Part shown: one piece after another, positions 36,913 to 46,323 of the stretch
How the letters are laid out: each line of letters begins with the position of its first letter
Position numbering within the stretch: the first letter of the stretch is position 1
Source of the DNA: an uncultured Candidatus Cloacimonadota bacterium
Lineage (GTDB): Bacteria > Cloacimonadota > Cloacimonadia > Cloacimonadales > JAJBBL01
Length of the DNA: 64,000 nucleotides
Assembly: GCA_964464175.1 (NCBI GenBank)
Contig: CAYXFD010000013.1
Span: 8,391 to 72,390 of the forward strand
Direction of reading: 5' to 3'
The notes under the pieces: model-generated
Told to the model about the DNA's origin: nothing
Seen by the model: only the letters and a program-made list of their open reading frames with translations
Database searches by the model: none
Position numbers and translations under genes: made by a program

Positions 36913-38621
36913 CTATTCGCTCCAATACATCAAAGACCATTCTTTTGGTTATTATTTCCGGCAGTAACACCGGCTCTTCAATGCCGGGCAGATAAAAGAC
37001 ATAGACTGGGACACCGACTCTGCCATAACTCTGTATCCAGGAGAATATGGTTTCATCATAACTGGTAAAATCTGCGATAAAGAGCTCTACTCCCTTTCTT
37101 TCAAACGCTGCCTGAACGTCATCAGCATAAAGCACTGTAATCTCATTCGTATAGCAGGTAGTACACCATTTCGCAGTAAAATCTATAAAGACGGGAATTC
37201 CTGCTTCCTGAAGTTCGTGAATTCTTTCGGGTGAAAAAGTCTGCCATCTTCCCTTGACCATACCAGATTCTGATTCCTGTTCGAAAGTCTGTTCCTGAAA
37301 ACGGAGAGTGTTATTGCCTACCATAACGACCAGAAGAATGGCAATCAGCAGGGCGAGAATCTTTTTAAAGGTTGAAAACTCAGGTCGGAAATATCTTCCG
37401 ATTATCCTGAAGGCTACCGCAAGAGAGAGGAGAAAGAAAACTACTGAGAATAATCCGCTTCCGCCCAATTGATAATAGAGAACCTGCAGCATTTTGATAG
37501 CCCAGAAGAGGAGTAAAAATCCCATAAGCTCTTTCAGGACATTCATCCACTCTCCCGGTTTGGGCAGTTTACTAACAAATCTCGGTTTAAAGGCAATGAG
37601 GATAAAGGGCAGAGCCATACCCAAGCCTATAAGCAGGAACATAGCGAGAATTATCACTGGTCTTTGAGCAAAGGCAAAAGCTAAGGCAGCACCAAGGATC
37701 GGGGCAGTACAGGGAGTACCGAGAAGAACAGCAAAAACTCCCATTAAAGAACGAGCCGGCCAATCCTCTTTTACTGGTCATTTTGGCAGTAACTTTAGCA
37801 TCGGGAAGGGAAATGACGAAAACATCGAAGAGCGAAAGCGAGAAGACAAAGATGACAGAGGTAAGAACAAGAACAAAGATCGGGTTCTGGAACTGAAATC
37901 CCCAGCCGACATATTCTCCCGACGCTTTCAGAATGATAACAATTATGGCTAAAGAGAGAAAAGAAAAGAGAATCCCTAAGGAATAGGTGAGAGAATTGAG
38001 GGTAATCTTCTTTTTATCCGCTTGACTGTCCTTGATCAGAGTAAAGGCACGAAGAGAGAGGACAGGAAGGACACAAGGAGTAAGATTGAGTATTATTCCC
38101 CCTAACAAGGCAAAAAGAAGATAGAGCAGGATCGGTTCCTGAGTTGGAGAGGTTGAGGATGGCAGAACTTCCAGGGTCGTCTTCAATTCTTCCTCTTCCG
38201 GCATTATACAGGTGCCTGTGTTATCATAACAGAGCTGGTACCCTGCCGTTATAGCTAACTCGTAACTGCCGGGTTCGGCATCATGAGTGATGTTAAGCTC
38301 CCGGGTTAACACAACTTCTCCATAGAGATGAATGAAACCGTCAGCTTCTATCTTTCCCGTGGGATAGACTATCTCTTCGAGAGTAATTCCCGGTATTTCA
38401 GCAACCTCGAAGAAAAAATAGTCTTCCTGCAGGATCTGGTGCAAACCTTCCGGAAAGACATAGGTTACCTGGATTTTTCCTCTGCTGCCGGTCTCGATTA
38501 CTTCCGGCTCTAATCTTACCGATACTTCAGCTTGTTGTGAAAAAAGAAAGCTGCAGGCGAATAAAAACACTATAATTATGCTGACTCTGTAGCGCAAACT
38601 CTTCATATTACTTAACTCCAT
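36905..38621 (-). pseudogene. dsbD: Thiol:disulfide interchange protein DsbD (alpha-beta-gamma), split by a 1-nt frameshift
   Basis: The upstream ORF (37587-38621) carries the alpha-domain GYQLCYDNTGTCIMPEE and the first TM Cys LNLTPCVLPVLSLR. The downstream ORF (36905-37744) carries the second TM Cys LLGTPCTAPILGAALAF and the gamma thioredoxin VFIDFTAKWCTTCYTNE. The frames join at ...GLAGSFFNG|VFAVLLGTPC if one G is removed from the GGG at 37740-37742 (coding strand). Confidence 0.8.
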
Positions 38622-38643
38622 CTAAAAAATTGTGTCTAAATAT

Positions 38644-40374
38644 TTATTCAGTTTTTTGGTCAGCTTTAAAGAATTCTCCCGCATTCTTTTGCCAACTTAG
38701 TTTGTGAGCGTACTCTCTTGCCTGCTCGTATAGCTGCTTTCTCATTTGTTCATCCTTGGGGAGAAGATCGAAAATATCTCTACCCTGCTTTCTGAACAGC
38801 TTGTTTTCCAAATCTGTTCTTTCCTGGGCAGAGATATTGAGGAGAATCTGGTCGTCAGTGAGGTCAACTTCGGAAAAATCGATCCAATGATAAGGTTTTA
38901 GTGATGTTTCTCTGAAACAGGAATCAAGTAAAAAAGAACATCCGCATTGTCTGCTAAGAATAGCGGTACCTCCAAAGGGAACTGTTTCGATTTGAGCTAT
39001 GCCGAAAGGTTCATAAATAGAAAAGCCAAGTTCGGCATCAGAGCCGTAACGTAAATCGGAAAATGTTGTTCCTTCCGGTATCCTCTTTCCGGTTACTTCC
39101 TGTGAAAAACCGTATTGATTGATGAAAACCCCTTTAATGGATATTGATTTAGCATTGAATAGTTTCAGGGAATTATAAACATCCCTTTCATAATCTATCA
39201 GATCGGGATAACCCTCAGTATGAAGGAGCGGCCAGCCGTATTCTTTCTCCATTCTCATAATATCATTCGGGTCTCTGCCACTGCTGATCAAACTCGATAA
39301 AAGAATATAGAACCCTTTCAAATTATGCTCTGAAAAGTAGTTATCCATCTCTTCCAAAAAACGGATATCCCGCCATAACCCTTTACTGATTACTAATCTT
39401 GTAACATGAGTAAAGATAACTTCCGGAGTGAAATTGAAGAGAGTTTCACAATAATCTGCTAATCTCTGACGCGATACAGTCTTCTTTTCGTAGTCCATAC
39501 TGTTCGTAGGGACGCCGTTATAGACGACATGGATCCTTTCCGCTTTCACTTCAGGCTGTAAATATCTGTATTCTTGCTTTATCCAGTCCCCGACAGCAAT
39601 AATATCATCGAAGTGGATGGCCAGTTTAATTAATTCATTACGGTAATTGTTTTTCTGAGAACCGAATCTCTCTTCCAGAGGAATTTGTCTTTCACTATCC
39701 CTGAGCATTAAGTTGTAAAAAGTGATGTCATGACCCGGAATTCTCTCTACCAAAGCACGAGCAGTGGAAACCTCATGAGCATAGAAATACGTCCGACAGC
39801 TCTTCTTTTCTGTTAACAACAGCTTCAAACAGCTTGGGACCCCCATATATTCATGAGAAAAAGCTGTGATAACGTCTTCAGAACCGGTCAAAGACTGCAT
39901 AATATCAACGAACGGTACTGCCAGCCGCACGTATTGCTCACAATCCCAATCATTATAGGTGTCCGACTGAAACCGGAATTTCTCCCACAGCTGATACTTA
40001 AAAGTGTTAAGAGGCTCAATTCTTAGCCTCTTAATCCCAACTATGAGTAACTCAACTTCCGTACTTTGATCGGGATGGATCTCATCATAGATATCCTTTT
40101 TGCCGTAAACTATATCAATATGATATTGCTGGCACAAATCCCGTAAGTGCGGAAAATCTTCTTCGATACCGTCTAATGAAGAGAACAGGACTCGAGAGTC
40201 TTTGCCTAATCTTTCCGGATGTAAAGAACTCTGATCATCGAAAAGAGGTCCGTAAAAGATCGTTCGGGAGAAATTCTGCTGATAAGCTTCAGTGTTACAT
40301 AAACCGCTCAGAACTGAACCGATACCCCCGATTTTTTTGGCAGCCTCATGACTGATATGTATTCCGATATTCAT
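38644..40374 (-). CDS. Glycosyltransferase, glycogen-synthase-like (GT-B fold)
   Basis: The N-terminus MNIGIHISHEAAKKIGGIGSVLSGL resembles the E-x-A-x-K-(V/I)-GG-(I/L) start of GT3-type glycogen synthases. It is 576 aa. The family assignment is tentative. Confidence 0.45.
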   Translation of the reverse strand: MNIGIHISHEAAKKIGGIGSVLSGLCNTEAYQQNFSRTIFYGPLFDDQSSLHPERLGKDSRVLFSSLDGIEEDFPHLRDLCQQYHIDIVYGKKDIYDEIHPDQSTEVELLIVGIKRLRIEPLNTFKYQLWEKFRFQSDTYNDWDCEQYVRLAVPFVDIMQSLTGSEDVITAFSHEYMGVPSCLKLLLTEKKSCRTYFYAHEVSTARALVERIPGHDITFYNLMLRDSERQIPLEERFGSQKNNYRNELIKLAIHFDDIIAVGDWIKQEYRYLQPEVKAERIHVVYNGVPTNSMDYEKKTVSRQRLADYCETLFNFTPEVIFTHVTRLVISKGLWRDIRFLEEMDNYFSEHNLKGFYILLSSLISSGRDPNDIMRMEKEYGWPLLHTEGYPDLIDYERDVYNSLKLFNAKSISIKGVFINQYGFSQEVTGKRIPEGTTFSDLRYGSDAELGFSIYEPFGIAQIETVPFGGTAILSRQCGCSFLLDSCFRETSLKPYHWIDFSEVDLTDDQILLNISAQERTDLENKLFRKQGRDIFDLLPKDEQMRKQLYEQAREYAHKLSWQKNAGEFFKADQKTE

Positions 40375-40651
40375 CTATTACAACCATGCTTTTTTTTAAT
40401 GGATATTCTGTTGTCACTTAATATCCGGTCAAGAAAAATTATCGGGAGAAGATTTGCCGGGAATAAGCAAATTCATTAAAAGACTCTAAAGATCCGCAGA
40501 TAGCCGAGAGAATAGTGTCTCATAATCATTATACCTGAACAGGACAACCGGAGAAAATTTTTCATTGACAATTATTGTATTATTTTGAGACAGTATATGA
40601 TGATGAGTTGTAAGTTAGAAGACTCATGAGAAACAGATTTACGGGGGAGTT

Positions 40652-42412
40652 ATGAAAATTAGTACAAGATTTTCTTTCTTTATTTTACTCTTGGTTTTAT
40701 TGCTTGGAAGTTCTACTTTTTTATGGTCTCAATCACTTACTTTTGATATTACCGATCTTCAGGGAGTGCACCGTTGGGCTCCGATAAAAGGACCTCATAT
40801 CTTTACTGTCTATACCCCGGCTCCCGTGATGGTTTTTGCCTGGTCAGGTTTTGACTGGTTAGATGGGGTTACAGAGTCGGTGTTTATCGAATCAGAAGGG
40901 GTTGATGATCTATTGGGAGTTGATCCGGTAGTTGAAATGTATGTTAGCGGCTTTGATCTGCACTCTCTGGAATTCGTCAATGTCGTAAATTTTGGGGGTG
41001 ATCCCTTTACCCCGGGCGAGAGAGGGGATTTCCGTATTTATACAGGCGGCACAGCAACTATGCATTTGAACGGGGTCAAGATCGCCGAAGCTTCTAATTT
41101 TCAGGTAGATATCCTGGTCTCATATCCTGTTATCGGCGGAGGTCCCGGACAGCTTGCTCAAGCAGTCGGGGTAGCAGATATAAACATGGCAGAGACAGAT
41201 CCTGATTGGGTAGTGAGATTTGATAACGGAAGCGGACAGTTTGAATTCGAATTTGAAAACTTTACTGCCGGGATCGGTCCTAATCACGATACAACCGTAA
41301 CAATTTTAAGCAGGGATGTTCACACAACAGTTGATGATGCTATTTTAGTTGCCGACGATACGGTTGATTTTGATGCCTCAATAGGCGTAGTAGTAGATTT
41401 TGAATTCACTGATCCGATGGTCTATGATGAAGGGGCTGGTGAGGTAGAAGTTGTTAAAACGCTAACGGTAAATAAAATATATGGAGATGCAGGTGGAGTA
41501 CTTCCTGCAGAAGTACTTTCCTTCAATAGCCAATTTTATTACCGTTTCGGAGCTGTTTTAGATGGTTTTCAATGTGATATTACTTTTGATCTTTCTGAAG
41601 TTCCTAATCTTCCCACTGATCTGGAAGATGTTGTGTTTATGAGAAGACCGAAACGAGCACCTCAGGATTATGTTTGGGAAGTTATACCTAATGAGATAGA
41701 AATTCTCTCAGTCACACCACCAAGACTGTTAGTAAAGGATGTTACCGGTTTTAGCGAGTGGGGAATCGGCTTCTTAACAGACGATTCATTACCGGTAGAA
41801 TTGAGTTCTTTTACCAGCAGTGTTACGGCTAACGGTTTTGTAGAGCTGACCTGGATAACAGAAAGTGAAAGCAATATGCTCGGTTATCATATTCATCGGG
41901 CTGAAGATAACAATGTAGCCTTGGCAGAAAAGATTACCGGCGAGGTAATTAATGCCGAAAATTCATCGACCACGGTTTATTACAACTATACCGACAAAAA
42001 TTTACCTACAGCCGGTACTTACTACTATTGGTTAGAGTTTGTGGAGTTAGACCTGACTTCCGGTTTCCACGGACCAATCTCTGCAGTAGTATCTTTTGAT
42101 AATGATGATGATACTCCGGGAATAGTATATAGAACAGAGTTGATCGGTGCTTTCCCTAATCCTTTCAATCCTGAAACTTCGATCGAGTTCACTTTAGCTG
42201 ATCCTTCCCATGTTACTTTGAGAATCTTTAACAGCAGGGGACAATTGGTTAAGGAGTTACTTGCCAATGATCAATTAGCTGCAGGTTTTTACTCGGAAGT
42301 TTGGGATGGAAGGGATAACTCAGGGGCTTCAGTAGGCTCAGGAGTATATTTCTACCGGATGAAGGTTGATAATAGTTACGATATGATTAAGAAGATGGTG
42401 CTTGTTAAGTAA
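40652..42412 (+). CDS. Secreted hypothetical protein: LPVELSSFT module plus T9SS-type sorting domain
   Basis: It has a signal peptide and SLPVELSSFTSSVTANGFVELTW...GYHIHR...YYYWLEFVELDLT. The C-terminus is IGAFPNPFNPETSIEFTL...GVYFYRMKVDNSYDMIKKMVLVK. Confidence 0.75.
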   Translation: MKISTRFSFFILLLVLLLGSSTFLWSQSLTFDITDLQGVHRWAPIKGPHIFTVYTPAPVMVFAWSGFDWLDGVTESVFIESEGVDDLLGVDPVVEMYVSGFDLHSLEFVNVVNFGGDPFTPGERGDFRIYTGGTATMHLNGVKIAEASNFQVDILVSYPVIGGGPGQLAQAVGVADINMAETDPDWVVRFDNGSGQFEFEFENFTAGIGPNHDTTVTILSRDVHTTVDDAILVADDTVDFDASIGVVVDFEFTDPMVYDEGAGEVEVVKTLTVNKIYGDAGGVLPAEVLSFNSQFYYRFGAVLDGFQCDITFDLSEVPNLPTDLEDVVFMRRPKRAPQDYVWEVIPNEIEILSVTPPRLLVKDVTGFSEWGIGFLTDDSLPVELSSFTSSVTANGFVELTWITESESNMLGYHIHRAEDNNVALAEKITGEVINAENSSTTVYYNYTDKNLPTAGTYYYWLEFVELDLTSGFHGPISAVVSFDNDDDTPGIVYRTELIGAFPNPFNPETSIEFTLADPSHVTLRIFNSRGQLVKELLANDQLAAGFYSEVWDGRDNSGASVGSGVYFYRMKVDNSYDMIKKMVLVK

Positions 42413-42443
42413 GCATAGCTTTTATAGTTAACAAACAAGATTA

Positions 42444-42488
42444 AAACTAACCACCCCAGATAACCTCTGGAGTGGTTAGTTTCTTTTT
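42444..42488. terminator. Rho-independent terminator between convergent genes
   Basis: A stem of about 15 bp with one mismatch pairs 42444-42459 with 42467-42482 around the loop ataacct, followed by ttctttttgg. Confidence 0.75.
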
Positions 42489-42512
42489 GGCTACCAGGTG
42501 TCTGTCTCATTC

Positions 42513-43139
42513 TCAAAAAGAGTATTCTATCCCGAGATTTGCTCCCATACCGCTGACATTCTGTTTGTTTTCGATATGTCCGAAGGTCTTCAGAGCAATC
42601 GTACTTTTTAACTCATTGTGGCGATAGAATACTTTACTCAGAAAGTTGAGCTTAGGGCTAAGATCATATTTAAAACCAGTCCAAATCAGAGCATTCAAAC
42701 CACTGTAATCTTCAAAGCTTTCAAATTCATCTTCTAATTCTATATTTAACGGGGTGACTTCTTCTCTTAGGAAGCTCATTCCTAACCCGGCTCCAATTAT
42801 TGGAATAATTCTTGGTGTAAGAGAGAAGTTATGCTGCACATTAAAGGATATCGGAATGATATTCAGTTTCACATCGCTCAGTTCATTACTTGATTCGTAT
42901 GGAGTTGCAGTCTGGATGAGTTTTCTGGTAAGAAGAGAGTTTTGCTGATGATAATCTATGCTTAGCTGTGCTTCTATTGCCGGAAAAATTTCATATCCCA
43001 GGGTTAATCCGGTTATCAGTCCGTTATCAAGGCCATCATCGGGGAGAATCATTCCTGTTCTCAGAGAAAGATTCACCGGGTTTGCTGACAAAGCTGTTAT
43101 CAATGAGATCAAAACGAGCAAGATGAAGCATTTAGACAT
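42513..43139 (-). CDS. Small outer-membrane beta-barrel protein (OmpW/porin-family-like)
   Basis: It has a signal peptide, is ~190 aa when mature with alternating strands, and ends GANLGIEYSF (terminal Phe). Confidence 0.6.
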   Translation of the reverse strand: MSKCFILLVLISLITALSANPVNLSLRTGMILPDDGLDNGLITGLTLGYEIFPAIEAQLSIDYHQQNSLLTRKLIQTATPYESSNELSDVKLNIIPISFNVQHNFSLTPRIIPIIGAGLGMSFLREEVTPLNIELEDEFESFEDYSGLNALIWTGFKYDLSPKLNFLSKVFYRHNELKSTIALKTFGHIENKQNVSGMGANLGIEYSF

Positions 43140-43290
43140 ATTTACCTCCCGAAAATCTATTTCGGTATATATAACTGAAAACCAGGCATAATATTACATT
43201 CTAAATGTTGTTTTGTTTTTAAAATATATTGGCATGGAAGTTGCTTCATAACTGACAATGAAGCCTATATTATATACTACAGGAGAGAAA

Positions 43291-44625
43291 ATGGGAAATA
43301 GTTTCATTAAACTGCTTGAGGATATCTGTAAGGAGAATACAGAAGTTAAATTCGATTTTCATTATGAAGAATGGGAGACAGATTTTCTTCGTTTTTTTCG
43401 AAGCGAGATTAACTACAATATCTCAAAAAAACTGATCACTCTTGATGCTTCTCTTTACAAAGGGAAGAAGCAATATGCATTTCAAATCGCCAATCCGACA
43501 GAAGAACAACTCCGGATAAATATTGAACAGGCACTTTCGGTTATAGACAGACTACCGGAAGACCCTGATTTCGTTGACCTGGAGGATAACAAAGAAGCAG
43601 CAGCGGAGATGGTTAAAGAGAATAATATTCTGAAAGTACCTTTAGAGAAAAAAATTGAGATATTGAGCAGGATCTCAGAAACGGTAGAACCTTATGGTTT
43701 TAAAATATTCGGAACGTTCATCTGTAATTATCAGATTGACTATATTGTTAACAGTAATGGTGTTAACAAGCGGATGACAAATTCTCCGATAATGCTGGAA
43801 TTGAAGGCAATGTCCGATAAGAATGAAGTCACAGTGATTGAATCATTTGGAAGTGAGGATATTTCTGCTTTTAATCTTGCTGCCTTTATTGAGCAATTGG
43901 AAAAGAAGGTACAGATCGCGACTAAGGATGTTGTAGATGTTGAACCTGACAGCTACGAAGTTATTCTTGCTCCGAGATGCCTTGCTGAATTCTATGGTTA
44001 TCTTGTCTGGGGTGGTTTGACTGCTTCAGTTTATGACCGGAAGAACAGTTATTTTGAAGATAAACTTGATAAGCAGGTGTTTCCGGAGATCATCAATCTG
44101 GCAGATGACCCCAATTACCCGGGAATAATAAACTTTGCCTATAATTCTGACGGACATATTTACCGGTGCTTGGAACTGATCAAGAATGGAGTTTTCAAAA
44201 ATTTCCTCGTAGATAATTATTACAGCCACAAAACCGGTATGAAGAAGAACGGTGCTGAAGCCGAATGTCTTGTTATGCAACCCGGGGAGAGCAGCTTAGA
44301 AGAGATGATAAAGGGTGTAAGAAAAGGGCTTTATATCTCAAGCCTGCATTATATGAATTTTATAAACATGAAAGAGACCTCAGTGACCGGTTTGACCAGG
44401 GACGGAACTTTTCTGATTGAGAATGGAGAGTTTAAGAAAGTTGTGAATAATCTGAGATATACGGTCAGAATAGTCGATGTCATAAAGAGTATAACCGAGA
44501 TAGAGAATAGAACATCCCTTGTTCCCATGTCAGATAATTACGGAGCCTTTGGGATCAACAGCTATGCGATGCCCCATGTCAAGGTATCGGCATTTAAGAT
44601 AAGCTCATCAACAAAAACAATATAG
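43291..44625 (+). CDS. pmbA: PmbA/TldE-family metalloprotease subunit (TldD/PmbA superfamily)
   Basis: It is ~445 aa, lies directly upstream (10-nt gap) of a TldD homolog and lacks the HExxxH motif, as PmbA does. ATG 43291 has an aggaga RBS; the ORF track start at 43258 is possible. Confidence 0.65.
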   Translation: MGNSFIKLLEDICKENTEVKFDFHYEEWETDFLRFFRSEINYNISKKLITLDASLYKGKKQYAFQIANPTEEQLRINIEQALSVIDRLPEDPDFVDLEDNKEAAAEMVKENNILKVPLEKKIEILSRISETVEPYGFKIFGTFICNYQIDYIVNSNGVNKRMTNSPIMLELKAMSDKNEVTVIESFGSEDISAFNLAAFIEQLEKKVQIATKDVVDVEPDSYEVILAPRCLAEFYGYLVWGGLTASVYDRKNSYFEDKLDKQVFPEIINLADDPNYPGIINFAYNSDGHIYRCLELIKNGVFKNFLVDNYYSHKTGMKKNGAEAECLVMQPGESSLEEMIKGVRKGLYISSLHYMNFINMKETSVTGLTRDGTFLIENGEFKKVVNNLRYTVRIVDVIKSITEIENRTSLVPMSDNYGAFGINSYAMPHVKVSAFKISSSTKTI

Positions 44626-44635
44626 GAAAAAGAGA

Positions 44636-46075
44636 ATGAAGATATTAGTAAACGACATAATTAAGAAAATGGACATCCCTGATGTACAGTTTGCCGATGT
44701 ACGGGTTACTTCTACAGATAGTCAGGCTATTGCCTTTGAAAAGGGTGTTTTAAAGCGAATAAGTTCCACGAAAGATTCTCTGGCCATTGGGATAAGAGTT
44801 CTTGTGGATGGCTGCTGGGGATTTGCCGGTACGAATGATCTCGATCCCTTAAATATTGAAAGAATGATAAAACGGGCAATGAAGAATGCCCGGGCAGGAA
44901 AGAGTTTCAAAAATGATAAGGTAGTTTTTCCTGCAGTGAAACCGACAGTAGCAAGTTATGTTTATCAACCTGTTGAGGATCCTTTCTTAATGAGCGATGA
45001 GGAGAAACTGGAATATTTGGGAAAGATCGCCGGGAAGCTTACCGGTAATGATAAAATAGTATATTCTTTTCTCTATTGCGTTTTTTACCGGCAGCATAAG
45101 ATATACGCTAATACAGAGGGGACACTGACCGATATGACCGTATATGATACAATGCCTATGATGGAAGTCGTTTCTTCTGATGGAACACAGGTAATGAGCC
45201 GTAACTATCCCGGACACATGTCAGCCCAGAGAGGTGGTTTTGAAGTTATCCGTGAGTATGATTTTAATCATAACACGGATGTTATTATCAAGGAAGCAAT
45301 TGATCTTTTGACTGCCCCGGAGATTAGTGAAGAGAGAGCAGATTTGATAATAGGAGGCGGACATCTTGCCTTACAGCTGCACGAGTCTGTTGGTCATGCC
45401 ACAGAGGCAGACCGGATATTCGGGATGGAGGTTTCTTACGCAGGTAAAACCTTCATCAAACCTGAAATGCTCGGCTCTTTTCGTTACGGTTCGGAGATAG
45501 TAAATATCTACAGTGATAGTACCGATCCCAAGGGTATTGGCTTCCATCCCGTAGATGATGAAGGCATTCCCGGCAGAAGAGTAGATATCATCAAAGATGG
45601 AATCTTAGTTAATCAGCAGACTTCCCGGGAAGTTGCCCATCGGCTTGGTTTAGAACCGAGTTCGAACATGAAGGCCTCATTTGCCGAAGACTATCCTTTG
45701 GTCAGAATGACCAACTTCTGTTTAGCACCTGGGAAGGGGTCTTTAGAAGACCTGATCAAAGAGACCGAAAACGGTTATCTGGTTGATTTTACTAAAACCT
45801 GGTCAATCGATGACAATCGTAACAATTTTCAGTTTACTACTGAGATCGGCTGGAAGATAAAGAATGGCCGGATAACCGGGATTGTAAAAGAACCTACATA
45901 TTACGGGATTACTCCCGAGTTCTGGAATTCTTGTGACCGGATCTGCGGACAGGAAGAATGGAGATATTTCGGAACATATCATTGTGGCAAGGGAGAACCG
46001 GGACAATCAATGCATCTTTCTCATGGAATAGCTCCAGCCCGTTTCAAGAACGTTGTGGTTAATGTTAAAGCATAG
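44636..46075 (+). CDS. tldD: TldD-family zinc metalloprotease
   Basis: It has the metal-binding motif LALQLHESVGHATEADR (HExxGH), a glycine-rich C-terminal half, and is 479 aa. Confidence 0.8.
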   Translation: MKILVNDIIKKMDIPDVQFADVRVTSTDSQAIAFEKGVLKRISSTKDSLAIGIRVLVDGCWGFAGTNDLDPLNIERMIKRAMKNARAGKSFKNDKVVFPAVKPTVASYVYQPVEDPFLMSDEEKLEYLGKIAGKLTGNDKIVYSFLYCVFYRQHKIYANTEGTLTDMTVYDTMPMMEVVSSDGTQVMSRNYPGHMSAQRGGFEVIREYDFNHNTDVIIKEAIDLLTAPEISEERADLIIGGGHLALQLHESVGHATEADRIFGMEVSYAGKTFIKPEMLGSFRYGSEIVNIYSDSTDPKGIGFHPVDDEGIPGRRVDIIKDGILVNQQTSREVAHRLGLEPSSNMKASFAEDYPLVRMTNFCLAPGKGSLEDLIKETENGYLVDFTKTWSIDDNRNNFQFTTEIGWKIKNGRITGIVKEPTYYGITPEFWNSCDRICGQEEWRYFGTYHCGKGEPGQSMHLSHGIAPARFKNVVVNVKA

Positions 46076-46115
46076 CAGAATGAAAGGGATTTCAATGCCG
46101 GCACTTATTTTTTGT

Positions 46116-46153
46116 TTGACAATTCGAGAATGAGTTATATATTATTCTCGAAT
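46116..46153 (+). promoter_or_regulatory. Sigma70-like promoter overlapped by a perfect 10-bp inverted repeat (candidate operator)
   Basis: TTGACA (46116-46121) is followed by 16 nt and then TATATT (46138-46143). The repeat attcgagaat (46122-46131) and attctcgaat (46144-46153) brackets the -10 element. It lies 170 nt upstream of the REC-PP2C gene. Confidence 0.5.
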
Positions 46154-46323
46154 ACGCAGGGCAGGTAGATAGGGATGACCGATGTTATTTAGTCTTGATT
46201 CTCTGATATTATTGCCAGATAGAGAAATTATATGGTGTTTTTATCTTTTGCTGTGTTATTTTTTAGATAGTTTTGGGCTTTAGGAAGGGACTATCTCATT
46301 TTTTACTATAGTGGAGTATCCTG

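Noticed and set aside
40565-40570. TTGACA boxes at 40565, 9713 and 14867 as promoters
   Set aside because: No acceptable -10 hexamer lies at 16-18 nt spacing, so they are not reported as features.
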